The position numbers were made by a program, and so were the translations under genes. DNA of 64,000 bases from Clostridia bacterium (GTDB taxonomy: Bacteria > Bacillota > Clostridia > UBA1381): assembly GCA_017415105.1 (NCBI GenBank), contig JAFQJD010000004.1:55127-119126 (forward strand), in the 5' to 3' direction. The notes under the pieces are model-generated. The model was given only the letters and a program-made list of their open reading frames with translations, searched no databases and was not told the origin of the DNA. How positions within the stretch are numbered: the stretch's first letter is position 1; each line of letters begins with the position of its first letter. Of this stretch, positions 16,663-26,450 are shown one piece after another.

Positions 16663-18825
16663 TTACAGATTTTTCATAGTCAGAGATATACGCTTTTTAG
16701 CCATATCCACATCAAGAATTTTAACCTCCACAGGGTCACCGACCGACAGTGCCTCTGACGGATGCTTGATGTACTTGTCGCATATCTGCGAAATATGCAC
16801 AAGACCGTCCTGATGCACACCTATATCAATGAATGCACCAAAGTCGATGACGTTGCGGACAACGCCTGAAAGTACCATATCAGGCTTTAAGTCCTCCATT
16901 GAGAGTACGTCCTCACGCAGTGTAGGCTTGGGAAGCTCCTCTCGTGGGTCACGTCCCGGCTTTAAGAGTGCGTCGATAATGTCGTTAAGTGTTATATCGC
17001 CAATTCCAAGCTCCTCGGCAAGCTTTTTCTTGCCGTAATCGGATGCACGTCCGTTAAGGTCAGAAATTTTGTTCTCGGAAACATCCTCTTTGCTGTAGCC
17101 GAGGGTTTTAAGGAGTGCCATTGCGGCTTTGTAGCTTTCGGGGTGTACAGACGTGTTATCAAGGAAGTTATCGCCATCTGAAATCCTTAAAAAGCCTGCA
17201 CACTGCTCGTATGCTTTTTTGCCAAGCTTCGGAACCTTTAATAACTCGCCACGGTTTTTGAACTTACCGTTTTCTTCGCGGTAAACTGTGATGTTCTTTG
17301 CAACGGTTTTATTAACACCTGAGATATATCCCAGAAGCGACGGCGATGCGGTGTTAAGGTCGATACCCACGCTGTTAACGCAGTCCTCAACAACGCCTGT
17401 AAGCTCTGTTGAAAGCTTTGTCGGGTTCATATCGTGCTGATATTGGCCTACGCCGATTGATTTCGGATCAATCTTAACAAGCTCTGCCAACGGGTCCTGC
17501 AAACGTCGTGCAATCGAAACTGCACTTCGGAGTGCAACGTCATACTCGGGGAATTCCGCTGCGGCAAGCTCTGATGCACTGTAGACACTTGCACCTGCTT
17601 CGTTTGTCATAACATAGTATATGCGTCGGTCTATGCCTTTAATGAGTTCAGAAATGAAAATTTCTGATTCCTTTGACGCTGTACCGTTACCGATTGATAC
17701 TATATCTACATTGTTACGGATAAGCATATCCGTAAGAATTTTCTTTGCCTTGTCCTTGTCGTGGTTGGGGAGTGTGCAGTACACAACGCCTGTATCAAGA
17801 ACTTTACCTGTTTCATTAACAACTGCAACCTTACAGCCTGTTCTGTATCCCGGGTCAAAACCCATAACGGTGTTGCCCTTAACCGGCGGCTGCATTAAAA
17901 GACCGTTGAGGTTTTTGCCGAAAACTTTAATTGAGCTGTCCTCTGCAAGCTCTGTTGCGGCATTTCTGATTTCTGTTGCAAGTGACGGTGCAATAAGCCG
18001 CTTATATGCATCGGCTGCTGCAAGCTCAACATACTTTGTTGAGGGGGCACTCATTTTCGGGGTTGTCTTGCGTATAAGCCAGCCGACCATACGTTCCTCA
18101 TCAACCTCTATTTTAACTGATAAAAAGCCTTCCTTTTCGCCTCGGTTAACAGCAAGTATTCTGTGCGGTGCAAGCCCTGCAATTTTCTGTGAAAATTCAT
18201 AGTAGTTGCTGTATACACTATCCTCGTCCTTTGCGGCTTTAGCTGTTAAAAGTCCGTTATCGTGTGTAAGCTGACGCAATTTCTTTCGGAACTCTGCGTT
18301 GTCGCTTATGTCCTCGGCTATTATATCCATTGCACCTGCGAGTGCATCTTCGATATTTGTTACGCCCTTTTCTTCATCAATATACTTTTCTGCTTCTTTT
18401 TCCGGATCAAAATCGTTATTCTGCTCAAAAATACCCTGTGCCAACGGCTCAAGTCCCTTTTCTTTAGCAACACTTGCACGTGTTTTACGCTTCGGACGGT
18501 ACGGACGGTATATATCGTCAAGCTCTGAAACGGTTTTTGCGTTCTCTATAGCTTCACGAAGCTCGTCTGTGAGTTTGCCCTGCTCATCAATAAGACGGAG
18601 TATATCCTCACGTTTTTCCTCAAGTGAACGCAGTGCAAGCAACCGCTTATGGAACTCACGAAGCTCCGTATCATCCATTGCACCGTGTGCTTCTTTTCTG
18701 TAACGTGCGATGAACGGAACGGTGTTTCCGTCGTCAATGAGGGCTATTACATTTTCTGCCTGCCATTGTTTCAGGTTAAGTTCTTCACACAAAATTCTGA
18801 CAAGTTTCAACTCTTTTTCTTCCAT
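16663..18825 (-). CDS. tex: Tex-like transcription accessory protein with an S1 domain
   Basis: Tex N-terminus, YqgF and HHH regions, and a C-terminal S1 (GVVRNVIDFGAFIDIGVHQDGLVHIS). The ATG at 18825 follows a GGAGG RBS. The longer ORF to 18909 is unlikely. Confidence 0.9.
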   Translation of the reverse strand: MEEKELKLVRILCEELNLKQWQAENVIALIDDGNTVPFIARYRKEAHGAMDDTELREFHKRLLALRSLEEKREDILRLIDEQGKLTDELREAIENAKTVSELDDIYRPYRPKRKTRASVAKEKGLEPLAQGIFEQNNDFDPEKEAEKYIDEEKGVTNIEDALAGAMDIIAEDISDNAEFRKKLRQLTHDNGLLTAKAAKDEDSVYSNYYEFSQKIAGLAPHRILAVNRGEKEGFLSVKIEVDEERMVGWLIRKTTPKMSAPSTKYVELAAADAYKRLIAPSLATEIRNAATELAEDSSIKVFGKNLNGLLMQPPVKGNTVMGFDPGYRTGCKVAVVNETGKVLDTGVVYCTLPNHDKDKAKKILTDMLIRNNVDIVSIGNGTASKESEIFISELIKGIDRRIYYVMTNEAGASVYSASELAAAEFPEYDVALRSAVSIARRLQDPLAELVKIDPKSIGVGQYQHDMNPTKLSTELTGVVEDCVNSVGIDLNTASPSLLGYISGVNKTVAKNITVYREENGKFKNRGELLKVPKLGKKAYEQCAGFLRISDGDNFLDNTSVHPESYKAAMALLKTLGYSKEDVSENKISDLNGRASDYGKKKLAEELGIGDITLNDIIDALLKPGRDPREELPKPTLREDVLSMEDLKPDMVLSGVVRNVIDFGAFIDIGVHQDGLVHISQICDKYIKHPSEALSVGDPVEVKILDVDMAKKRISLTMKNL

Positions 18826-19034
18826 TGTACAAATCCTCCAAAAATCGGGTAACATAAATGATAATTTTGTAACCTGTCCGAAATATTTTTTGCAAAAAAG
18901 TGTATACAAAACGAAATATTTATGTTATAATTAACACATACACAATATATAGTGTATTTTTTTGTAACATAAAACAACATATGCCATTATTGTGTATGAA
19001 AATGTTACGATAATTATACCCTATTTTGTAACAT

Positions 19035-19062
19035 TTTACAAGGGTAGTTGTCAAAATATAAT
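19035..19062 (+). promoter_or_regulatory. candidate distal dcw promoter
   Basis: TTTACA, a 16 nt spacer, then TATAAT. Confidence 0.4.
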
Positions 19063-19099
19063 AAACTTGAAAAAAACTTGAAAAATTTCAAAAAAACTA

Positions 19100-19128
19100 T
19101 TGCGTTTTTCGGAGTTTTGGTGTACAAT
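19100..19128 (+). promoter_or_regulatory. candidate proximal mraZ promoter
   Basis: TTGCGT, a 17 nt spacer ending in TG, then TACAAT. Confidence 0.5.
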
Positions 19129-19137
19129 AGTAACTGA

Positions 19138-19163
19138 TGGGAGCAAATGGGAGCGTTTGGGAG
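19138..19163 (+). promoter_or_regulatory. putative MraZ operator (3 direct repeats)
   Basis: TGGGAG at 19138, 19148 and 19158, exactly 10 bp apart, starting 10 nt after the -10 box. Confidence 0.6.
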
Positions 19164-19263
19164 TAAAAATGTTCCGATGATGTTCCGGTGGGAGAGCTTT
19201 GTTTTGGTTCTCTCAATTATTCGTTTCTTAAAGTACATCAGACGAAGAAAGGCGGTGATATAT

Positions 19264-19704
19264 ATGGTAAGCTTCGTTGATGAATACGAGCGTCAGCTTG
19301 ACGAACGAGGAAGAATAATCCTCCCCTCAAAGCTGCGTGAGGATATCTGCAATACTGTGTATATCACACAGTCAACATCGGAGCAGTGTCTGCACCTTTA
19401 TACGGAGGAAGAATGGGAAAAGGTTGCCGAAAAGGTTAATCAGCTTCCTACAGCAACTGACCGTAATGCGGCAGCATTTGTAAGGCTGTTCTTCGGCAAA
19501 GCCACAGCCGTGGTTGTGGACAAGCAGGGAAGAATTCCCATCTCAAAGCGTTTGCTTGAGTTTGCAGAGCTTACAAAGGATGTAGTGCTTGTGGGTGCTA
19601 ACACACGTCTTGAAATCTGGGACGCAAAGAAGTGGAACGATTATCAGGACGAGCTTTCAAGTGTTATGCTTGACGGTATTTTGAAGTATAATCTGAACAT
19701 TTAA
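19264..19704 (+). CDS. mraZ: transcriptional regulator MraZ
   Basis: Two SpoVT/AbrB-like halves (DERGRIILPSKLRE, DKQGRIPISKRLLE). The ATG at 19264 is preferred; the longer track ORF covers the promoter. Confidence 0.9.
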   Translation: MVSFVDEYERQLDERGRIILPSKLREDICNTVYITQSTSEQCLHLYTEEEWEKVAEKVNQLPTATDRNAAAFVRLFFGKATAVVVDKQGRIPISKRLLEFAELTKDVVLVGANTRLEIWDAKKWNDYQDELSSVMLDGILKYNLNI

Positions 19705-19714
19705 GAGGTAGAGT

Positions 19715-20644
19715 ATGGAATTCAAGCATTATTCGGTACTTCTTAAAGAAAGTGTGGATTATCTCAATATTAACACCGACGGCATATATGCTGATGCAAC
19801 ACTTGGTGGCGGCGGTCATTCTTATGAGATATTGAGCCGTGGTGCAAAAAAGCTCATAGGTATCGACCAGGACAAAGAAGCTATTGCAGCAGCATCAAAG
19901 AGACTTAGTTGTTTTGGGGACAGGCTCATAACTGCAAACCGTAATTTCAGTGAAATAAAGAGTATTTTGGCTGATGTCGGGGTTGATAAGCTTGACGGTG
20001 CCGTTATGGATTTAGGTGTCAGCTCATATCAGCTTGACAATGCAGAACGCGGATTTTCATATATGCACGATGCACCGCTTGATATGCGTATGAACAGAGC
20101 AAATCCCAAAAGTGCATACGATGTTGTAAACGGCTATACGGAAAGTGAACTTACAAAGATATTCTATGAATACGGTGAGGAAAAGTGGTCAGCACGTATA
20201 GCAAAGTTTATTGTCGAAAGAAGAAATGAACAAGAGATAAAAACAACAGGAGAGCTTTCAGAAATCATAAAAGCGGCAATCCCGAAAGCCGCACGTGCCG
20301 ATGGCGGTCATCCGGCAAAGCGTGTGTTTCAGGCAATACGGATTGAGGTCAACGGCGAGCTTGAGATTTTAAAGCAGGCAGTATGTGATTTTGTTGATGC
20401 CTTAAAGCCCGGTGGGGTATTAAGCATCATAACATTCCATTCACTTGAAGACAGAATAGTGAAAAAAACATTTCAGGAGCTTGCAAAAGGGTGTACATGC
20501 CCCAAAAGCTTTCCGGTATGTGTATGCAACAAGACGCCGGAGGTTAAGATTTTAACATCAAAACCGATACTTCCGTCCGAACGTGAGCTTGATGAAAATT
20601 CACGCTCAAAGAGTGCAAAATTAAGAGTAGTAGAGAAATTGTAA
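19715..20644 (+). CDS. rsmH: 16S rRNA (cytosine1402-N4)-methyltransferase
   Basis: Has [18 protein letters not shown] and [11 protein letters not shown]. Confidence 0.92.
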   Translation: MEFKHYSVLLKESVDYLNINTDGIYADATLGGGGHSYEILSRGAKKLIGIDQDKEAIAAASKRLSCFGDRLITANRNFSEIKSILADVGVDKLDGAVMDLGVSSYQLDNAERGFSYMHDAPLDMRMNRANPKSAYDVVNGYTESELTKIFYEYGEEKWSARIAKFIVERRNEQEIKTTGELSEIIKAAIPKAARADGGHPAKRVFQAIRIEVNGELEILKQAVCDFVDALKPGGVLSIITFHSLEDRIVKKTFQELAKGCTCPKSFPVCVCNKTPEVKILTSKPILPSERELDENSRSKSAKLRVVEKL

Positions 20645-20667
20645 TTGTATAAAGAAAGAGGAAAAAA

Positions 20668-21165
20668 GTGGGTTACGGTAATTTAGCATATAAATACGAT
20701 TACGCTGAAGAAAAACGACAGGAACAACCAAAGAAAAGAGTTAAAAAACAGAATACCGCACCTGCAAGGGGTAAGAAAAAAGCCGTAGGTTTAAGCTATG
20801 CTTCAAAGGTGGCATCGGTGCTGATTGTCGCTGCTGCAGCAGTGTTTATGATAGTACAGTATGTGACGGTAAACGAAACACACACTGCACTTAATGCAGC
20901 GATTTCAGAATATGAATTTGAGGAATCGGTAACAGCACAGAAATCGTTCGAGCTTGAGCAGAGCATAGACCTTTCAAAGATAGAGACTGAAGCAACTTCA
21001 CGTCTTGGTATGCGTCGTCCCGAAAAGCATCAGGTGGTATATGTGGATGTTAAAAAGAGCGACACTACTGTAAAAACTGCAAACGAGGTTGAGGGCTTCT
21101 CAAACAGATTTGCAGGTGTTATAAAGAACATAAAAGGACATATTATAGACTTTTTCAGCATATAA
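20668..21165 (+). CDS. ftsL: FtsL-like cell division protein
   Basis: GTG start. Basic N-terminus, a single TM and a coiled-coil region, at the position after rsmH. Confidence 0.6.
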   Translation: MGYGNLAYKYDYAEEKRQEQPKKRVKKQNTAPARGKKKAVGLSYASKVASVLIVAAAAVFMIVQYVTVNETHTALNAAISEYEFEESVTAQKSFELEQSIDLSKIETEATSRLGMRRPEKHQVVYVDVKKSDTTVKTANEVEGFSNRFAGVIKNIKGHIIDFFSI

Positions 21166-21207
21166 TACAAGAGGGCGTAAGGATTTACATATAAAGGAAT
21201 GATATAA

Positions 21208-23532
21208 ATGGCTTTGCCGTCGTTAAACAGTATAAAAAAAAGAACAAAGACAATAGTTGTTATAACCCTTGTTGTGTTTCTTGCGGTTGTGGTAAGAATG
21301 GCATGGTGGCAGATTATTCATGGCCCGGAGCTTTATGAAACAGCAAAAAGCATGCAGACCTCCGACACGGTTGAACGTGCAAACAGAGGCAGAATTCTGG
21401 ACAGAAACGGAATGGTGCTTGCAGAATCAGCATCGGTAAAAACACTTGTATGTAACCCGCAGGATGTGCGGACAAACGGTGACCTGAACAAATGTGTACA
21501 GGTCATTTCGCCAATTATAGGCATGAGTGAGGCAAAACTCAAAGCGTGCTTTGAGGAAAACTCGCAGTACAGAATAGTAAAAAAACGCCTGAGTGCAGAG
21601 GAAAGCCAGGCGATAGAAGCAATTATAAATCCGCAGTATGAAGATGACTCAACAAGGGAGGCAAAGGACCGTAACGAGGAAAAGAGAGAGCTTAAAAAAG
21701 CACTTTCGGGTATCTATTTTGAGAACGATTCAAAACGTTACTATCCTTATAACGTAGCCTCGCACGTGCTTGGATTTACCGGTTATGACAATAATGGTAT
21801 CCAGGGTGTTGAGCTTATTTTTGATGATTATCTTTCGGGCGTTGACGGTGCGGTATCGCAGAACAGAAACGCAAGCGGAACAACAATTGAAGATCAGCAG
21901 GCGGAATATCTTAAAGCGGCGGAGCAGGGCTGTGATGTTGTTCTTACAATTGATGAGAACATCCAGCATTTCCTTGAAAAGCATCTTGAGGAAGCAGTTT
22001 TAAAGAACGAACTCAAAGAAGGTGCGGCAGGAATTGTTATGAACCCAAAAACTGGCGAAATTCTTGCCATTGCCACAAAACCGGACTTTGATGCGAATAA
22101 CCCGTATGATATAACACAATTTCTTGAATATGCCGTTGAGTTTGAGGCAGACTACGGCGATGATGAAGAAGAAGTGACAGAGGGCGAAGAGCCTACACCG
22201 CGTCCCACAGAGGATCCCGAAAACTATTCAGACGAATTTATAGCACAGGCACGTTCAAAAATGTGGCGTGACAAGGCGGTGTCCGATACATATGAGCCGG
22301 GTTCTACGTTCAAGATAATAACAGCTGCAGCAGCTCTTGAGGAAGATATCGTGGACGAGAACTCAAACTTTTTCTGTGCAGGCTTCAAGCAGGTTGCCGA
22401 CAGAAAAATTGAATGTGCAAACAACAACGGTCACGGTGCCCAGACATTTGCAGAGGGAGTTAAAAACTCCTGTAACCCCGTATTTATGGAGGTTGGTCTT
22501 GCAATGGGTGAGGACACGTTTATGAACTATTTTGAAGCATTCGGCTTCACATCAAAGACAGGCATAGAGCTTGGCGGTGAATCGACAGGTCTTTACTATG
22601 ACAAAATGAACGAGGTTGACCTTGCAACATCATCATTCGGACAGGGCTTCCAGATAACCCCGCTTCAGATGATTACGGCAGTTTCGGCGGCTGTAAACGG
22701 CGGAGAGAGAATGCGGCCGACAATCATAAAAGAAATAAACAATGCCAGTGGCGTTGTCAAGACATACAGTCCGGAGGTTGTGAACAGGGTTATATCTGAA
22801 AAGACCTCGGAAAAGATGCGAGAGATGCTTGAAGCAGTTGTTGCAGACCAGAACGCAACAGGTAAAAACGCGTATGTCAAGGGCTACAGAATAGGCGGTA
22901 AGACGGGAACATCGGAGAAACAGCCGCGAGGCAGTGATAAGCGTATTGCATCATTTGTCGGTTTTGCTCCGGCAAACGACCCCGAGCTTGTATGTCTGAT
23001 AATGCTTGATGAGCCACAGACTGCAAATAAATTCGGAGGAACAATTGCCGCGCCGGTATGTGCTGAAATTATAGCCGAGTCGCTTGACTATCTTGGTGTA
23101 CAGAAACAGTATACAGACGGCGAGGAGCACGATAAGGAAGTAACTGTTCCGGAACTTCGTAACATACCGCTTGTATCAGCAAAGGCAAAAGCGGTAGAAG
23201 CAGGCTTTGACTATAGAGTAAGAGGTAACGGAGATACGGTTGTAGACCAGCTCCCCAAACCGCAGGAGGTTCTCAATGAGGACTCGATTATAATTCTGTA
23301 TACTACAGAACGTGACGAGAACGATATGGCTGTCGTGCCTAACCTTAAAGGCTACAGTGTGCGTGATGCAAGGTATCTTCTTAATAATGCGGGACTTAAC
23401 TTTGAGGTAGCAGGTGCCGGTCATAGTGAGGCGGGTAACGCCTACGCAACCTCACAGACCTTTGCTCCCGAAACAAAGGTATTGCCGGGTACTGTAATCG
23501 GCGTAAAATTCGGACAGCAAACAAACGATTAA
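21208..23532 (+). CDS. class B penicillin-binding protein (FtsI/SpoVD type) with two PASTA domains
   Basis: PBP dimerisation domain, transpeptidase motifs STFK and KTGT, and two C-terminal PASTA repeats. An acidic insert (DYGDDEEEVTEGEEPTP) lies before the transpeptidase domain. Confidence 0.9.
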   Translation: MALPSLNSIKKRTKTIVVITLVVFLAVVVRMAWWQIIHGPELYETAKSMQTSDTVERANRGRILDRNGMVLAESASVKTLVCNPQDVRTNGDLNKCVQVISPIIGMSEAKLKACFEENSQYRIVKKRLSAEESQAIEAIINPQYEDDSTREAKDRNEEKRELKKALSGIYFENDSKRYYPYNVASHVLGFTGYDNNGIQGVELIFDDYLSGVDGAVSQNRNASGTTIEDQQAEYLKAAEQGCDVVLTIDENIQHFLEKHLEEAVLKNELKEGAAGIVMNPKTGEILAIATKPDFDANNPYDITQFLEYAVEFEADYGDDEEEVTEGEEPTPRPTEDPENYSDEFIAQARSKMWRDKAVSDTYEPGSTFKIITAAAALEEDIVDENSNFFCAGFKQVADRKIECANNNGHGAQTFAEGVKNSCNPVFMEVGLAMGEDTFMNYFEAFGFTSKTGIELGGESTGLYYDKMNEVDLATSSFGQGFQITPLQMITAVSAAVNGGERMRPTIIKEINNASGVVKTYSPEVVNRVISEKTSEKMREMLEAVVADQNATGKNAYVKGYRIGGKTGTSEKQPRGSDKRIASFVGFAPANDPELVCLIMLDEPQTANKFGGTIAAPVCAEIIAESLDYLGVQKQYTDGEEHDKEVTVPELRNIPLVSAKAKAVEAGFDYRVRGNGDTVVDQLPKPQEVLNEDSIIILYTTERDENDMAVVPNLKGYSVRDARYLLNNAGLNFEVAGAGHSEAGNAYATSQTFAPETKVLPGTVIGVKFGQQTND

Positions 23533-23554
23533 CGACAATAACGGAGGTGTCACA

Positions 23555-24997
23555 ATGTTAGCGTGTGAGCTCTTTAAATCAGCATGTACTGATGAAATTA
23601 AAGATATAGATATAACATCTGTTGCATACGATTCACGCAAGGTCAAAGACGGAAGCGTCTTTATATGCATCAAAGGCTTTGAAACAGACGGACATAAATA
23701 CGCAAAAAAGGCTGTGGAAAACGGTGCGTCTGTCATTGTGGCAGAAGACAAAATAGACGTTGATGTACCGGTGGTATACGTGAAAAACTCACGTCGTATG
23801 ATGGCAGAGCTTTCGTGCACCTTTTATGGCAATCCGTCAGAGAAGTTTTCGTTGATAGGAATAACCGGCACAAACGGAAAAACAACCATAACATATCTTA
23901 TAAAGAGTATACTTGAAGCTGCAGGTAAGCAGGTTGGAGTTATAGGCACAAACCAGAACATAATCGGTGACAAGGTGCTCTCTACAAAGAGCACAACTCC
24001 CACAACTCCCAACTCGCTTGAGCTTCAGCAGCTCTTTACCGAAATGGTGCATTACGGTGCGGACTACGTTGTAATGGAGGTTTCAAGTCACGCACTTGAC
24101 CTTGACCGTGTCTACGGCTGTAATTTTGATGTGGGTGTATTCACAAATCTTACACGTGATCATCTCGATTTCCATAAGACAATGGAAAACTATCTCAATG
24201 CAAAGGCAAAGCTTTTCGGACTTTCTAAAAAAGGCGTTGTAAACTTTGATGATGATGGCGGAAAGAAAATCGTCCAAAAGGGTGAGTGCCCTGATATAAT
24301 CAAAACCGGACTTAGTGACGGTTGTGATTTAAAAGCAGAAAATATAAAGATAACATCACGCGGAACACAGTTTGATATGGTCTATAACGGCAAAAGATAT
24401 CCTGCATCAGTGAGAATTCCGGGCAAGTTCAGTGTTTATAATGCAATATGTGCAGCAGCTGCAGCCTTGCAGTCGGGTATTGATGTTGACACTGTAATAA
24501 AAGGCCTTGCAGCGGCAACGGGCGTTGTAGGACGTGTTGAGGTTGTCCCGACAGAAACTGATTACACCGTAATAATAGACTACGCTCATTCACCTGACGG
24601 ACTGGAGAACATAATAAACTGTGTGAAAGAGTTTGCCGAGGGCAGAGTAATAACGATGTTTGGCTGTGGTGGCGACCGTGACAATACAAAACGACCGATA
24701 ATGGGCGAAATCGCAGGCAGGCTTTCGGATTTCAGTATCATAACCTCGGACAATCCGAGAACGGAAGATCCTGACAGTATCATAGACCAGATTGAAGCCG
24801 GAATGAAAAAGACCTCCGGCGAATATATAAGAATAACCGACCGTCGCCATGCAATAGCACATGCATTGGATATGGCAAAGGCAGGCGATGTAATAATCCT
24901 TGCCGGCAAAGGTCAGGAAACATACCAGATAATCGGCAAAGAAAAGTTTGACTTTGACGAGCGTATTGAGGTATATAAGCATTTAAAGAAAAGCTAA
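23555..24997 (+). CDS. murE: UDP-MurNAc-L-Ala-D-Glu:meso-diaminopimelate ligase
   Basis: Has the GITGTNGKTT P-loop. The DNPR motif (SDNPRTEDP) indicates meso-DAP specificity. Confidence 0.92.
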   Translation: MLACELFKSACTDEIKDIDITSVAYDSRKVKDGSVFICIKGFETDGHKYAKKAVENGASVIVAEDKIDVDVPVVYVKNSRRMMAELSCTFYGNPSEKFSLIGITGTNGKTTITYLIKSILEAAGKQVGVIGTNQNIIGDKVLSTKSTTPTTPNSLELQQLFTEMVHYGADYVVMEVSSHALDLDRVYGCNFDVGVFTNLTRDHLDFHKTMENYLNAKAKLFGLSKKGVVNFDDDGGKKIVQKGECPDIIKTGLSDGCDLKAENIKITSRGTQFDMVYNGKRYPASVRIPGKFSVYNAICAAAAALQSGIDVDTVIKGLAAATGVVGRVEVVPTETDYTVIIDYAHSPDGLENIINCVKEFAEGRVITMFGCGGDRDNTKRPIMGEIAGRLSDFSIITSDNPRTEDPDSIIDQIEAGMKKTSGEYIRITDRRHAIAHALDMAKAGDVIILAGKGQETYQIIGKEKFDFDERIEVYKHLKKS

Positions 24998-25002
24998 CGG
25001 AT

Positions 25003-25028
25003 AAGGGCTGTACTACAGTGCAGCCCTT
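25003..25028 (+). other. intercistronic stem-loop between murE and murF
   Basis: 11 bp stem AAGGGCTGTAC/GTGCAGCCCTT (one U.G) with loop TACA and no T tract. Confidence 0.5.
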
Positions 25029-25053
25029 GTTCAAATAAAAGGGGAGATAATAA

Positions 25054-26412
25054 ATGCAGACATTATCTGTATCAGATATCATAAAAGCAACAGACGGTGT
25101 ACTTATAAGCGGTACGGTTGAATCTGAAATAAATTCAATAACCACCGATTCAAGAAAAGCTGAACATGGTGTGCTTTTTATACCCCTTAAGGGCGAAAAT
25201 GCAGACGGACACGATTTCATAAAATCAGCACTTGATAACGGTTCGGTATCTCTTACTGAGCGTGATGAAACGTATATTGATGGTACGGTTATAAAGGTTA
25301 AAGATACACGCAAGGCTTTAGGTGATATTGCCCGTTACTATAAAATGAAATACCCCGTAAAATCGGTTGCAATAACAGGCAGTGTCGGTAAAACTACCAC
25401 AAAAGACCTTGTATATTCAGTCATTGCACAGGGCTTTAAAACCCACAAGACACCGAACAATTTCAATAATGACATCGGTGTTCCTTTAACAATTTTCGGC
25501 ATTGAGAGAGAGCACGAAGCGGCGGTTATTGAAATGGGTATGAACCATTTCGGTGAGATTTCATACCTTGCCGGTATTGCACGCCCCAACTGTGCAATTA
25601 TATCAAATATCGGAATGTCGCATATTGAAAACCTCGGCTCACAGGAAGGCATATTCCGTGCAAAAATGGAAATGACAGAACAGTTTACAGAAAAGAACAC
25701 TCTTTTTGTAAACGGTGATGATAAATTCTTACAGACCGTAAGCAATACGCCGTATAAGGTAGTTCGTTTCGGTCTGTCAGCGACAAATGACATATATGCA
25801 AAGGACATAGTAAATAACGGCCTTATGGGCACAGAATTTACAGTAGTTCATCCTGCCGGAGAGTTCCGGTGTGAGGTAAGACAGCCCGGTGAGCATAATA
25901 TTTATAATGCACTTGCGGCAGTATGTGCCGGACTTCATTTCGGTCTTGATGAAACACAGATAGCTACAGGACTACGTGATTGTGAATACACTGCGTCACG
26001 GCTTGAAATCGCCGAGCATAAGGGAATGGAAATAATAAACGACTGTTACAATTCATCGCCCGACTCTGTGCGTGCCGCATTAAAGGTTATGCAGTACACT
26101 ACAAAAACCCGCAGAGTTGCAATACTTGGTGATATACTTGAAATGGGTGAATACGCAAAGGATGCACATCTCGGACTTGGAAAATCCGCAAAAGAGCTTG
26201 GTATTGACCTGCTTGTTACGGCGGGCGAAAACGCAGGCTATATCGCAGAGGGTGCAAAAAACACAGGACTTTGTGATGTTTTGTCTTTTGCAACAACAGA
26301 CGAGCTAAAGTCTAATATTTCAAAAATCGTTAAAAGCGGTGACTGTATTCTTGTCAAGGCATCGCACGGGATGGAATTTTTCAAAATAGCAGACGAAATC
26401 AAAGCAATATAA
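25054..26412 (+). CDS. murF: UDP-MurNAc-tripeptide:D-Ala-D-Ala ligase
   Basis: Has the GSVGKTTTKD P-loop and Mur ligase middle and C-terminal domains. Confidence 0.92.
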   Translation: MQTLSVSDIIKATDGVLISGTVESEINSITTDSRKAEHGVLFIPLKGENADGHDFIKSALDNGSVSLTERDETYIDGTVIKVKDTRKALGDIARYYKMKYPVKSVAITGSVGKTTTKDLVYSVIAQGFKTHKTPNNFNNDIGVPLTIFGIEREHEAAVIEMGMNHFGEISYLAGIARPNCAIISNIGMSHIENLGSQEGIFRAKMEMTEQFTEKNTLFVNGDDKFLQTVSNTPYKVVRFGLSATNDIYAKDIVNNGLMGTEFTVVHPAGEFRCEVRQPGEHNIYNALAAVCAGLHFGLDETQIATGLRDCEYTASRLEIAEHKGMEIINDCYNSSPDSVRAALKVMQYTTKTRRVAILGDILEMGEYAKDAHLGLGKSAKELGIDLLVTAGENAGYIAEGAKNTGLCDVLSFATTDELKSNISKIVKSGDCILVKASHGMEFFKIADEIKAI

Positions 26413-26450
26413 AATACATAAGCCGCACAGACGGCAGATGGGAGTTTAAA

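Noticed and set aside
17621-18202. 193 aa plus-strand ORF inside tex, with similar antisense ORFs in infB (56350-56811), aspartate kinase (2998-3573), murF (25338-25832) and mutS2 (32702-33136)
   Set aside because: All are Ser/Ala/Leu-rich mirror frames of strongly supported genes, and none has an independent start-site signal.
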